The notes: generated from the letters alone by a model not told the origin. Counted from the stretch's first letter, positions 21,419-31,605 are shown. The stretch: 64,000 nt of DNA from Leptolyngbyaceae cyanobacterium (GCA_965263355.1 CBDHHL010000032.1:1984001-2048000); one strand, 5' to 3'. Made by a program: numbers and translations.

Positions 21419-21498
21419 GGACGTAGATAGGAAAGGGTGAAGGGTGAAGCGTAAAGAGTGACTTTTGATAACTGCTTACGCTTCACCCTTGAGTAGGT

Positions 21499-21813
21499 TT
21501 ATGCCCGTCGTTCAACAACTAATGTAAACCGGGCAACTAGCATGCCAACGGATGCGATCGCAACCAGTGGTGCAAAAAATGCCAGACCGACAGCGCCACC
21601 TAAGAGACCAGCCGTTAAGGGAACCTCCAGCAAGACTCGACCTTCAGCATTTTTGATCAAAATCCGGCGAACATTACTCTCATTGATCAGCTCTTGTACT
21701 TTACTAATCAGGTTGTCGCTATTCACCGCAAACTCTTCTGTCGTTGTTTCTGGAGTAGTGTTAGATTCGGGCGGTGTTGAATTTGGAGAAGAAGGATCAT
21801 CAGAGTAGCTCAT
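21499..21813 (-). CDS. DUF4342-like small membrane protein
   Basis: KVQELINESNVRRILIK...LLEVPLTAG followed by a hydrophobic hairpin. Confidence 0.75.
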   Translation of the reverse strand: MSYSDDPSSPNSTPPESNTTPETTTEEFAVNSDNLISKVQELINESNVRRILIKNAEGRVLLEVPLTAGLLGGAVGLAFFAPLVAIASVGMLVARFTLVVERRA

Positions 21814-21870
21814 GGGTTAATTAACCTAATGTTTAGCAAACGGTATCAAAGGCAAAGGGCGTCAAAGACG

Positions 21871-21910
21871 AACCTGCCCCTTTGATACTCTGTAGAGCAA
21901 GGGGCAGGTT
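21871..21910 (-). terminator. Stem-loop downstream of trxA
   Basis: AACCTGCCCCTT...AAGGGGCAGGTT inverted repeat about 45 bp past the trxA stop. Confidence 0.5.
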
Positions 21911-21954
21911 GTAATTCTAAGCTTTCTTTTTAGTTTTGCATTGTTGTGCGAGAC

Positions 21955-22290
21955 TTAATCCAAATATTTTTCAAGGGTACTTGACAAGGTGCTCTTGGGT
22001 ACCGCACCAACTACGGTGTCAGCCACCTTACCATCCTTAAAAATTAGCAGTGTAGGAATACTGCGTACACCATAGTCACTGGCGCTTTTAGGATTGTCAT
22101 CTACATTGATTTTAAGCACCTTAACCTGACCTTCGAACATGGTAGCTACCTCATCAACGATGGGTGCCACCATGCGGCAAGGACCGCACCAGGGTGCCCA
22201 AAAGTCCACTAGTACAGGAATATCGCTACCGAGTACATCGTTTTGAAAATCGGCATCTGACACTTCACTTACTAATGTATTTGCAGCCAT
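21955..22290 (-). CDS. trxA: Thioredoxin (m-type, TrxA2-like)
   Basis: [10 protein letters not shown] active site, GVRSIPT; GGAGG RBS. Confidence 0.96.
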   Translation of the reverse strand: MAANTLVSEVSDADFQNDVLGSDIPVLVDFWAPWCGPCRMVAPIVDEVATMFEGQVKVLKINVDDNPKSASDYGVRSIPTLLIFKDGKVADTVVGAVPKSTLSSTLEKYLD

Positions 22291-22364
22291 TATTAACCTC
22301 CTGAAAAACCAACACGCCAGTAATACAGTAGCCCTAACCAGAGCAGTCTACATCACCTGATTGT

Positions 22365-22390
22365 TTCAATTATAGTTCTATAAAATTGAA
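22365..22390. promoter_or_regulatory. Candidate RexT operator in the divergent trxA/rexT promoter
   Basis: Inverted repeat TTCAATT-N12-AATTGAA between the divergent genes. Confidence 0.5.
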
Positions 22391-22447
22391 CTACTGAGGG
22401 ACGGTGATCCGCCCGTTCTTGCCATACCCCCGTGTCATAATGCAGAT

Positions 22448-22777
22448 ATGCGACCAATTTCCCACCCAGATACCAGTCAAATAACCCTGGCAGACGTTCT
22501 GTATGCCCTGGGGGATCCAGTGAGACTAAAAATTGTCAAAACCATCGCCCAAAAGGGTGAGCAAGCTTGTCGCAGCTGCGCTGGTGACGACATTGCTAAG
22601 TCTACGCTATCGCATCATTTCAAGATTCTGCGAGAAGCTGGCATTGTTCATACTGAAAAGGTTGGTACTCAGCATTTGAATTCATTGCGTACGGATGAAC
22701 TAGAGGCAAAGTTTCCGGGCGTTTTAGCAGCGGTGCTGGCAGCAGCCAAGGATATTGAGGTTTGTGATGGCGAGTAG
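22448..22777 (+). CDS. rexT: ArsR/SmtB-family redox-sensing repressor, RexT-like
   Basis: VLYALGDPVRL, AKSTLSHHFKILRE, GTQH, FPG; Cys41 plus C-terminal Cys106; divergent from thioredoxin as in the Anabaena rexT-trxA2 pair. Confidence 0.8.
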   Translation: MRPISHPDTSQITLADVLYALGDPVRLKIVKTIAQKGEQACRSCAGDDIAKSTLSHHFKILREAGIVHTEKVGTQHLNSLRTDELEAKFPGVLAAVLAAAKDIEVCDGE

Positions 22778-22801
22778 TGGGCTTCGGCTGCGCTCAGCTA
22801 G

Positions 22802-24121
22802 CTAGCTCTCGACAATAATTGCTCGAAAATCATTCACATTGGTCAATGTGGGTCCGGTGATGACCAATGCGCCAATGGATTCAAAAAAGCTATAGCTATC
22901 GTGGGTATTTAGATATCTCTGGGGATTGTGTCCGGTCTGCCATAGTTCTGGTGTAATCAGGGCTCCAGCATTATTTTCGCTACCGTCGATGCCATCGGTG
23001 TCACAGGCAATGGCGGTGATACCCGGTTCTCCGTTTAAGTAAAGGGCCAGGGCCAGTAAAAATTCGCTATTGCGACCGCCTTTGCCTACAAAGGTTTGTT
23101 GGACGGTAACGGTGGTTTCGCCGCCGGAGAGAATGACGCAGGGGGGGGGCAAGGGCTGTTGATGGCGCTTGACCTGACGAGCGATCGCACCGTGAACCAG
23201 GGCGACATGACGGGCTTCGCCTTCGATGGCATCACTGAGAATTAGGGGGGTATAGCCGTTTGCGATCGCCACCTTAGCGGCTGCTTCCAGGGACTGTTGC
23301 GGGGTGGCAATCAGATGGTTAGTGGTGGTACTCAGCCGCTGATCCTCGGGGGAAATCACCGGGTTAGGATTACGGGTCAGGTAATTGCGAATGTGATGAG
23401 GTATGGTCAGGTGGTAGCGGTCTAAAATTTCCAGGGCATCAGCGGCTGTCGTCGTATCGCCTACGGTGGGACCTGAGGCAATGGCACTCAGGCTATCTCC
23501 GGCCACATCGGAAATAATTAGCGATACGACCTTGGCGGGATAGGCGGCTGCCGATAGCCGTCCCCCTGATGAATCGGATAGGGACTTACGCACCGTATTC
23601 ATGGAGACAATATCGGCCCCGGATGCTAATAGCTGCCGATTAATATCGGCTAAATTGGCCAAACTAATGCCATCGGGTGGCAAGGTAAACAGGGCTGACC
23701 CACCGCCGGAAATTAAACAAATCACTAAGTCATCCGCCGTCAAGGGAGCCACGCGCTGCAAAATCTGACGGGCTCCTTCCATGCCATTTTTATCGGGTAC
23801 GGGATGGCCTGCTTCAACCACGTCAATGGATTGTGTGGGTAATCCGTGGCCGTAGCGGGTAATGACTAGCCCTTCGAGGGGGTCCACATTGCCTGCCTGT
23901 GCCCAGGTATCTTCGACGGCTTTGGCCATGGCGGCGGCAGATTTACCGATACCGACAACGACGACCCGCCCTGTGGGCCTGGTTTTTAGATAGGGCTCAA
24001 GGGCATGGGCTATTTGTTTTTGGGGCATGGCGGCGGCTACGGCAGCATGGAATAGGTCTTGAAGTAACTTGGCGGACGACATAGTCTGGGTGGGCAATGC
24101 GATGGGTAGGGTGGAGAGCAT
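22802..24121 (-). CDS. Glycerate 2-kinase, class II (MOFRL/TtuD family)
   Basis: GIGKSA, EAGHPVPD, ISGGGSAL, SDVAGD, IASGPT, SGGETTV, GGRNSE, DTDGIDG, TGPTLTNVND. Confidence 0.92.
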   Translation of the reverse strand: MLSTLPIALPTQTMSSAKLLQDLFHAAVAAAMPQKQIAHALEPYLKTRPTGRVVVVGIGKSAAAMAKAVEDTWAQAGNVDPLEGLVITRYGHGLPTQSIDVVEAGHPVPDKNGMEGARQILQRVAPLTADDLVICLISGGGSALFTLPPDGISLANLADINRQLLASGADIVSMNTVRKSLSDSSGGRLSAAAYPAKVVSLIISDVAGDSLSAIASGPTVGDTTTAADALEILDRYHLTIPHHIRNYLTRNPNPVISPEDQRLSTTTNHLIATPQQSLEAAAKVAIANGYTPLILSDAIEGEARHVALVHGAIARQVKRHQQPLPPPCVILSGGETTVTVQQTFVGKGGRNSEFLLALALYLNGEPGITAIACDTDGIDGSENNAGALITPELWQTGHNPQRYLNTHDSYSFFESIGALVITGPTLTNVNDFRAIIVES

Positions 24122-24269
24122 GGCCTGATTGCTAAGTAATTACTATAAACCTTGTCCATGGCCAGACCTGTAGTTTTGCCGTAGCGGCAACGACAGGTTT
24201 TAACTTGGCCATGGTTGAAGCGGGCTTTGGTGTCATCGATAGGCCATGATGAGCAAAATGTTCCGAGTT

Positions 24270-24315
24270 TTTGTTGTAGTAGGGGCATTGCCTGCAATGC
24301 CCCTACTACAACAAA
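24270..24315. repeat. Perfect 22-bp inverted repeat, REP-like (GTAGGGGC) hairpin
   Basis: TTTGTTGTAGTAGGGGCATTGC-CT-GCAATGCCCCTACTACAACAAA. Confidence 0.85.
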
Positions 24316-24371
24316 TCACGTTAGTGTTGATAATAGCTTTAGGGATCAATTGACTGGAGAAACCCAAAACG

Positions 24372-25613
24372 GTGTTTGACATATTAGTTATCGGTGCCGG
24401 ACCTGCCGCCCTGATTATGGCCGCTGCATTAGCCCCCCATGGGGTCTCCCTTCACGGTCTGGCCCCAACGTCACCCGAAACTCCCTGGGAAAATACCTAT
24501 GGCATTTGGTGTGATGAGCTAGACACCCTGGGGCTGAGCGACCTATTGGGCCATCGCTGGCAAAAGACAGTCAGCTACTTTGGTCAGGCCGCTGCCACGG
24601 CCCCCACCCGTCACCACCGTGACTACGGTCTGTTTGATAAACATAGGCTACAGCAGCATTTGCTAAGCCAGCTGTCAGCCATGACCTGGCACCAGGGTCA
24701 GGCGGCATCAATAACCCATACCGATGCCCATAGCTGTGTGACCACCACCGATGGACAAGACCTAACGGCAAAACTAGTCATTGATGCTACCGGCCATAAA
24801 GCAGCTTTGGTACAGCGGCTGCCTAAAAACGCGGCTATTGCCTATCAAGTGGCCTATGGCATTGTGGGTAAATTTTCTAAACCCCCCGTAGCCTCGGGAC
24901 AGTTTTCGCTAATGGACTACCGGGCCGAGCACCTCTCGGCAGAGCAGTTGGCGGGACCCCCCACATTTCTCTATGCGATGGATCTAGGGCAGGACCTGTA
25001 CTTTGTGGAAGAAACCTCCCTGGCCCTGGCCCCAGCGATGGCCTACGACACCCTAAAACAACGGCTGCAGCAACGCCTCAGTCTGGACGGTGTCACGGTC
25101 AGCGAAATCCACCATACGGAATATTGTTTGTTTCCGATGAATTTGCCGCTGCCGGATTTAAACCAGCGGGTACTGGGCTTTGGCGGGGCGGCCAGTATGG
25201 TGCATCCGGCCACCGGGTTTATGGTGGGGGCGATGCTGCGACGGGCTCCGGCGGTGGCGGTGGCGATCGCAAACTCTATTGCCAATGGAGATGGGGGGGG
25301 TGCGATCGCCAAAGCAGGCTGGCAAACCCTATGGACCCCAGAGCGTCTACGCAAACACCACATTTATCAATTTGGCTTAGAAACCCTGATGCGCTTTAAT
25401 CATCGCGAGCTATGCCAATTTTTTGACAGCTTCTTCAAACTACCCCAGGCAAAATGGGCAGGTTTTTTAGCCGACACCCTATCACCGTTTGAGCTGGTCA
25501 TGGCCATGATCACCATGTTTAGCCAAACCACAAACCCCGTACGTGTTGGCCTAATGGGAGGTGTCGGCACTGACGGACAGCTGTTATTAAAATCACTCAC
25601 CGGTAAAGCCTAG
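24372..25613 (+). CDS. crtL: Lycopene cyclase, CrtL type
   Basis: DILVIGAGPA, WENTYGIWCDE, YQVAYG, MDYR, PTFLYAM, FVEETSL, E.CLFPM, GGAASMVHPATG, FFDSFFKLP. Confidence 0.9.
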   Translation: MFDILVIGAGPAALIMAAALAPHGVSLHGLAPTSPETPWENTYGIWCDELDTLGLSDLLGHRWQKTVSYFGQAAATAPTRHHRDYGLFDKHRLQQHLLSQLSAMTWHQGQAASITHTDAHSCVTTTDGQDLTAKLVIDATGHKAALVQRLPKNAAIAYQVAYGIVGKFSKPPVASGQFSLMDYRAEHLSAEQLAGPPTFLYAMDLGQDLYFVEETSLALAPAMAYDTLKQRLQQRLSLDGVTVSEIHHTEYCLFPMNLPLPDLNQRVLGFGGAASMVHPATGFMVGAMLRRAPAVAVAIANSIANGDGGGAIAKAGWQTLWTPERLRKHHIYQFGLETLMRFNHRELCQFFDSFFKLPQAKWAGFLADTLSPFELVMAMITMFSQTTNPVRVGLMGGVGTDGQLLLKSLTGKA

Positions 25614-25832
25614 TGGTCTGTCAAGATATAGTAGCCTTAAGCAATATCGGGAAAATTAGGAGAAACAATACCGTATCTCCATCAATAACTCATAATTTTG
25701 TAAGTTTTTGACCTGAGGGAACCAATTCCCCACGCTTTTTGGGCATTCTAAACATATCAAGTTTTTTTGATTCCCTGTTTATCGTCACGGCCTTAAACCC
25801 ATTTCAGCTCCAGCCATCACCGTAGCCTGTCC

Positions 25833-26270
25833 GTGATTCGAATCCTACCTCGCTCACCACACCTACCAGCTGATCAGCCCACCTGTCATATTTTGGTCGT
25901 GGATGACCATCCCGTAAACCGTACCCTTTTAGTCCGCCTACTGCGGCGTAGTGGGTTTACCGTTAGTCAAGCTGTCAACGGCTCCGATGCTTTTGCCCTC
26001 TGGCAACAATGGCAGCCCCAGTTAATATTGATGGATTTATGCATGCCTGGTGTAGATGGTCGTGAAGCCACCCGTCTGATTCGAGCTGCGGAAAACGAGA
26101 GCCACCAACCCCCAACAAAAATCATTGCCCTGACCGCTGACACATTACCTACCTTTTCCCACCAAGCCCATGCCGTTGGGTTCGATAGCATTATCACCAA
26201 ACCGATTCGCCCCGATATCATCTTTGAGCTAATCGCCAACTATCTGGACCTGCACTACGTTTACATATGA
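25833..26270 (+). CDS. Single-domain response regulator (REC)
   Basis: ILVVDD, ILMDLCMPGVDG, IIALTA, ITKP. Confidence 0.88.
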   Translation: MIRILPRSPHLPADQPTCHILVVDDHPVNRTLLVRLLRRSGFTVSQAVNGSDAFALWQQWQPQLILMDLCMPGVDGREATRLIRAAENESHQPPTKIIALTADTLPTFSHQAHAVGFDSIITKPIRPDIIFELIANYLDLHYVYI

Positions 26271-26434
26271 ACTTTTCCTGGGATGTGGTTTATGAACTAA
26301 CCATAAACTCAACCTAGTTATTGTTAAACCAGAGTCTGATTGCGTATTCCATAACACAAAACTCGTGGATTTCCATCCATCCGGTTCCGCAGAATGCGAA
26401 AATACCCCTTGATTACGCACAAGGGAGATACGAC

Positions 26435-28336
26435 ATGGCTGCATTTCCAATTGACTTAGGCGCTTACCAGCGCATCAGCCTTGATCCGTCCACATCGACG
26501 CTGACCGATGAGCAGCGCGAGGCGATCAAAGCAAATATTCAACTTTGCCGTGATGCCATTGTTTTCTTTACCGCCACGGGTGCTGCACGGGGTGTTGGCG
26601 GTCACACGGGTGGCCCCTACGATACCGTTCCTGAAGTGATGCTTCTGGATGCCATCTTTCGAGGTGCCCCTGACAGCTATGTTCCCACCTTCTTTGATGA
26701 AGCTGGACACCGCGTAGGGACTCAATATTTAATGTCTACGCTCAATGGTGACTTGCCTGCTGAGCAGTTGATGAACTACCGTGCCGCTGGTTCCCACCTG
26801 CCTGGACACCCTGAGCTTGGTCTTACACCCGGTGTGAAATTTAGCTCCGGTCGTCTGGGTCACATGTGGCCCTATGTTAACGGCGTTGCCCTGGCTAACC
26901 CTGGCAAAACAGTCTTCTGTCTCGGTTCTGACGGCTCTCAGCAAGAAGGTAACGACGCTGAAGCGGCCCGTCTAGCCGTAGCGCAACACATCAATGTCAA
27001 GCTGATCATTGATGATAATGATGTCACCATTGCCGGTAATCCTTCCAAGTATCTTCCCGGCTACAGTGTGAAGAAGACTCTCGAAGGCCACGGCCTTAAG
27101 GTACTAGAGTGCAACGGTGAAGATATCGATGCGCTATATACCAACATCTGCGAAGCCATCAATACGCCTGGCCCCATCGCCGTTATCCTCAAGCGCCCCA
27201 TGTGCCCTGGCATTGAAGGTCTAGAGGGCTCCAACCACGGTCACGATGTGATTTCTGTTCCTGCAGCGGTTACCTATCTAGAAGCCCGCGGTCATCAGGC
27301 AGCAGCCGATATTCTTAAGAATACTGAAAAGCCCAAGAACCCCAATACTTACACTGGCTCTACCGACAAGTTTGATGCCAACCGTAAGGTCTTTGGTGCC
27401 GCTGTTGTGGATATGCTCGCTGGTATGGGTGAAGAAGAGCGCAAGCACAGTGTTCTTGTCGTAGACAGTGACCTGGAGGGTTCCTGTGGTTTGAACACTA
27501 TCCGTGAGGCTCACCCAGAAATCTTTATCAGTGGTGGTATTCAAGAGCGGGGTAACCTGTCCGCTGCCGCTGGTTTTGGGATGGAAAAAGGCAAACAGGG
27601 TATTTTTGCCACCTTTAGTGCGTTCTTGGAAATGTGTATTTCTGAGATCACCATGGCTCGTCTAAACTATTCCAACCTGTTGTGTCACTTCTCCCATGCA
27701 GGGATTGATGACATGGCTGACAACACTTGCCACTTCGGTATGAACAACCTGTTCGCCGACAATGGTTTGGATGACAGTCACCCCACTAATATTTACTTCC
27801 CTGCTGATGCCAACCAGATGCGTGCCTGCGTGAAGTCAATCTTCAATGATCCAGGACTACGCTTTATCTTCTCGACCCGTGCAAAGGTCCCCATGATTTT
27901 GGATACTGACGGCAATGAGATGTTTGCCGGGGATTACGCCTTTACCTCTGGTAAAGACGACATCGTGCGTGAGGGTACTGCGGGTTATGTGGTTTCCTTT
28001 GGTGCTGCCCTCTATCGTGCTCTCGATGCAGTTGAGAAACTCAAGGCTGAAGGCATTGACGTGGGCCTAATCAATAAGGGTACTCTGAATGTCGTAGATG
28101 AAGAGGCCATCGCTAAGTTTGGTGGATCTCCCATGGTGTTGGTTGTGGAAGCCTTTAACCGTCGTACTGGTTTGGGTAGCCGCATGGGGTCCTGGCTGCT
28201 AGAACGTGGGTTGACTCCCAAGTATGGTTACCTCGGTACCCACATCGAAGGTGGTGGCGGTCTTTGGGAACAGTTCCCTCACCAGGGGATTGATTCTGAT
28301 GGCATTGTTGCCAAAGTAAAAGAGATGCTGGGTTAA
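26435..28336 (+). CDS. Divergent transketolase-like ThDP enzyme
   Basis: GGHTGG, EAGH, LPGHPE, SSGRLGH, ThDP motif variant GSDGSQQEG...DDN, DSDLEGS, GIQER, ATFSAF. ATG 26435 follows AGGGAG. Confidence 0.85.
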   Translation: MAAFPIDLGAYQRISLDPSTSTLTDEQREAIKANIQLCRDAIVFFTATGAARGVGGHTGGPYDTVPEVMLLDAIFRGAPDSYVPTFFDEAGHRVGTQYLMSTLNGDLPAEQLMNYRAAGSHLPGHPELGLTPGVKFSSGRLGHMWPYVNGVALANPGKTVFCLGSDGSQQEGNDAEAARLAVAQHINVKLIIDDNDVTIAGNPSKYLPGYSVKKTLEGHGLKVLECNGEDIDALYTNICEAINTPGPIAVILKRPMCPGIEGLEGSNHGHDVISVPAAVTYLEARGHQAAADILKNTEKPKNPNTYTGSTDKFDANRKVFGAAVVDMLAGMGEEERKHSVLVVDSDLEGSCGLNTIREAHPEIFISGGIQERGNLSAAAGFGMEKGKQGIFATFSAFLEMCISEITMARLNYSNLLCHFSHAGIDDMADNTCHFGMNNLFADNGLDDSHPTNIYFPADANQMRACVKSIFNDPGLRFIFSTRAKVPMILDTDGNEMFAGDYAFTSGKDDIVREGTAGYVVSFGAALYRALDAVEKLKAEGIDVGLINKGTLNVVDEEAIAKFGGSPMVLVVEAFNRRTGLGSRMGSWLLERGLTPKYGYLGTHIEGGGGLWEQFPHQGIDSDGIVAKVKEMLG

Positions 28337-28367
28337 TGCAGTAAAAAGTCTCTCAAATCCTTTTTAA

Positions 28368-28405
28368 TAAAAGCGACAGAGCCTCGTAAGACTCTGTCGC
28401 TTTTT
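28368..28405 (+). terminator. Rho-independent (probably bidirectional) terminator
   Basis: AAAAGCGACAGAG-loop-CTCTGTCGCTTTTT between convergent genes. Confidence 0.8.
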
Positions 28406-28482
28406 GTTTAGGTTAGTGACAATCTAGTGGTTAGAAGAATTCAGCGATGAATCACAGTGTGATAACACAGTAAAATAAATTC

Positions 28483-31400
28483 TTATACTTCAAGCTGTGA
28501 GGGCAAGCCATAGATCGAGGGAGATGACTTAGCCTGGGGCTGTTTTTGTCGCATTAGAAGATAGATTGCAGGAACAAAATACAGTGCAATCAGGGTGGCA
28601 CCCATTAAACCACCGATGACGGTAATGGCCAGGGGAGGCCAAAAACCACTTGGGTCAAACATAAGCGGTAAAAATCCAATCGCTGTCGTCGCTGTTGTGG
28701 CAATAATATGACGGGTGGAGTGGACAACAACGTTGCACAGTGCATTCATGTTTCCCTGGCGTACTCGCTCATCTTCGTGGATGGCGGAAAGCATCACAAT
28801 AGAATCATTCACCACAATGCCTAGCAGACCAACAGTACCCAGAATGGACATAAATCCAAAGGGATATCCAAACAGCCACAGTGAGAAAAAGCCCAGACCA
28901 ATTGAGAGAAGAGCTACCAGGGCAATGATGCTGGCCAGGCGAAATGACTTAAAGGTTAACACCAGGGTGGAGGCCATGAGTATGAGCAAAACGCCCAGGG
29001 TAGAAACAAGGTTGCTAATGGCTAGACTGCGCTCATTGGCTTCGCCACCCAGTTCATAGGAATATCCAGCCGGTAGTTCAAAATTATTCGCTTTTAACCG
29101 GTTTTGAAAGTTGGATAGTACCGTAGCAGGTAATACCCCAGCTGTAATAAATCCTTGGACGGTATTGACCCGCTGACCATTACGGCGGCTAATTGTGGCC
29201 GTTGTGGGCAAGAGTTGAATCTTGGCCAGGGCCGAGAGTGGTGTGGCATTTCCCACCTCAGGTAGCAAGTTGAGCGATGTAATGTGGTCCAACTGGCGGC
29301 GCTGCCCATCGGCCAGCCGCACGCGCACTGGTAATTCTTCAGTCATTTCTAAGACAGACCCACCTACAACACCGTCTAAATAGGCATTGAGCTGTTGTGC
29401 GATCGCAGTTTTATCAATTCCCGCTAATTGAGCCTGTTCTTCGTCCACCTCCAGGGCTAGCTGAGGTAGCGTATCGGTTAGAATAGAGCGCGTGTGAATC
29501 ACATCGGGGTCCTTAACCAGTTCTGAACGCAGCTGTTCACCCAATTCTCTTAGCTGGTTGAGATCCGGACCATAAACTCGTAACTCAATGGGGGCCGCAA
29601 AGGGAGGGCCTTGTCCCAATTGCCGAACAATACTTTGAGCCGTTGGGAACGCTTCGTCCAATTCTTGTTGAAGGGATTGGATCAAGGGTTGCAGTTTAGC
29701 AGAAGACTTGATCTGAACAATGCCCTGGGCATAGTTGGCAGAGTTTTGTCTCTCGGAAAGGACATTGTAGTAAAACTTAGGAGCACTACGCCCTGCAAAC
29801 CACTCTACATCTATCACATCCGGATGGTTGCGAATCGTATCCCGACTTTGAAGAATAATGTCTTGGGTTTTTGATAGTGACGTCTGGGGAGGCAGTTCAA
29901 ATTCAACGTAGCACTGTTTTCGATCCGACGGAGGGAAAAATTGTTGTTCTAGGGTAGGTAATACAAAAAAGCCACTGATCGGTAGAATTGCGATGAGCCC
30001 GAGACATATTAAAGGACGAGAAAATGCCGTATTTAAGGTTTGACGATAGCCTTGGGTCAAACCAGCAGAGCTGAAGCCAGACTGCCACCAGCGATTGAAC
30101 CGCTGATGCTGTGTTCCCTGTCGATAACAATATTGATGCAGACGCGCTACCAGGGCAGGCACTATCGTCAGAGATAAGCCAAAGGAACTAATGAGCGCTA
30201 AAATTACCGTGAGTCCAATGGTATTAGTAAATTCTCCGGTTGCACCCGTTGAAATTGCAATCGGCAAAAATGCCAAGACAGTGGTTAAGGTAGATGCTAG
30301 TAATGGAACGGATATGTGACGGAAGGTGTCTGTCACTGCTTGACCAGGGGCAAGACGCTGCTGTAGACGATGTTGCATTTCATCGACCACAATAATGGCG
30401 TTATCGATTAACAGCCCCAGGGAGATGATAATACCAGTGACAGATATTTGGTGCAGTGGAATATTGCTTACCTTCATGGCTCCAAATACCGTTAAAACCA
30501 CCAGTGGTAAAGCAATACACATAATCAGGGCTGAGCGCCAACCCATCAGAAATAGGGTAACCAATGTCACTAACAGCACACTCAGGACAAGATTCATCAT
30601 CACTTGATGCAATCGCGCCTGTACATAGTAATTTTGGTCAAAGACCCGTTTGAGAACTACCCCATGCGGTAGCCGTCGTTCATACTTTTTAAGTACCCGT
30701 TCAGCAACTTCTCGCCAAATATCTAGGCGTTGATCAGAATTGACAACAGCCCCGATAACAACGGCTGGTTTCCCTGAAACTATGGCTAACTCTGAAGCTG
30801 GCTGAACGACTGTTTTTGACACATGGGCTAGCGCACCCAGCCGCCGGACCTGGCCATCTACACCAAACTGGATGGGAATGTTGCGAATACGATCTAGGGA
30901 ATCTAGTTCTCCATTGACCTGGAATAACAGCTGATTATCTTGATTGTAAAGTTGTCCAGAAGCAACTTTGGCATCATAGTTCTCAATTTGTTGCGAAAGG
31001 GCTTGAACGGTTATGCCCAATGTTGCTAGCTCGTCAGGACGAATTTCAACGGTAATTTCTTCATCGGGAACACCATAGAGATCAATCTGTTCTGTTCCCT
31101 CAATCAACCGCAGTTGATCCCCCAGTTCAGAGGCTAAACGATGCAGGATATTATAATTTGCCGTAGACTCTAGCTGCCAAGTTAATGCGATGATTAATGC
31201 ATTGGCCTTCGTCTGGGATTTTTCGAATTGCGGCTCCGACGTTCCAGCGGGCAATTGCGTGGTCACATCACCCAGCCGATCTCGAACTTTTGACCAAACG
31301 TTATCCATTTGGGTAACTTGATCATCTAGCTCAAGCGTTAGGCTAGAAAATCCTTGCCGTGAAACCGACTCAATTGTTGTGAGTTCTTCAATTTCAGTGA

Positions 31401-31605
31401 GTTCATCTTCTATGATTTGAGTAACCAAAGCCTCAACTCGTTCAGCATTAGCTCCTGGAAACTCAGTTGTTACCAGGGCATATCGCTGGACAAGATCGGG
31501 ATCTTCTAGCCGAGGTAAGCTAAAAAAAGACGATGTCCCCCAAACAACAATCAGCGTAATAACAATAATTAATAATTGTCGATTACGGTAAAATAAATTA
31601 CTCAT
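28483..31605 (-). CDS. RND efflux transporter permease (AcrB/D/F family)
   Basis: 1040 aa; LPRLEDP, FPGANAERVE, LGLLIDNAIIVVD, GIVVNDSIV, TATTAIGFLPL. Confidence 0.93.
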   Translation of the reverse strand: MSNLFYRNRQLLIIVITLIVVWGTSSFFSLPRLEDPDLVQRYALVTTEFPGANAERVEALVTQIIEDELTEIEELTTIESVSRQGFSSLTLELDDQVTQMDNVWSKVRDRLGDVTTQLPAGTSEPQFEKSQTKANALIIALTWQLESTANYNILHRLASELGDQLRLIEGTEQIDLYGVPDEEITVEIRPDELATLGITVQALSQQIENYDAKVASGQLYNQDNQLLFQVNGELDSLDRIRNIPIQFGVDGQVRRLGALAHVSKTVVQPASELAIVSGKPAVVIGAVVNSDQRLDIWREVAERVLKKYERRLPHGVVLKRVFDQNYYVQARLHQVMMNLVLSVLLVTLVTLFLMGWRSALIMCIALPLVVLTVFGAMKVSNIPLHQISVTGIIISLGLLIDNAIIVVDEMQHRLQQRLAPGQAVTDTFRHISVPLLASTLTTVLAFLPIAISTGATGEFTNTIGLTVILALISSFGLSLTIVPALVARLHQYCYRQGTQHQRFNRWWQSGFSSAGLTQGYRQTLNTAFSRPLICLGLIAILPISGFFVLPTLEQQFFPPSDRKQCYVEFELPPQTSLSKTQDIILQSRDTIRNHPDVIDVEWFAGRSAPKFYYNVLSERQNSANYAQGIVQIKSSAKLQPLIQSLQQELDEAFPTAQSIVRQLGQGPPFAAPIELRVYGPDLNQLRELGEQLRSELVKDPDVIHTRSILTDTLPQLALEVDEEQAQLAGIDKTAIAQQLNAYLDGVVGGSVLEMTEELPVRVRLADGQRRQLDHITSLNLLPEVGNATPLSALAKIQLLPTTATISRRNGQRVNTVQGFITAGVLPATVLSNFQNRLKANNFELPAGYSYELGGEANERSLAISNLVSTLGVLLILMASTLVLTFKSFRLASIIALVALLSIGLGFFSLWLFGYPFGFMSILGTVGLLGIVVNDSIVMLSAIHEDERVRQGNMNALCNVVVHSTRHIIATTATTAIGFLPLMFDPSGFWPPLAITVIGGLMGATLIALYFVPAIYLLMRQKQPQAKSSPSIYGLPSQLEV

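Noticed and set aside
21440..21490. Inverted repeat AAGGGTGAAGCGTAA...TTACGCTTCACCCTT between the DUF4342 and FAD oxidoreductase genes
   Set aside because: Real hairpin but most simply an ordinary intergenic terminator or stabiliser; nothing further to support.
22781..22798. GCTTCGGCTGCGCTCAGC, resembles a REP-like half repeat
   Set aside because: Single copy without its partner arm in this window; cannot be supported.
26343..26356. GTA-N8-CAC near-match to an NtcA box upstream of the transketolase-like gene
   Set aside because: Mismatch to GTA-N8-TAC and expected by chance.
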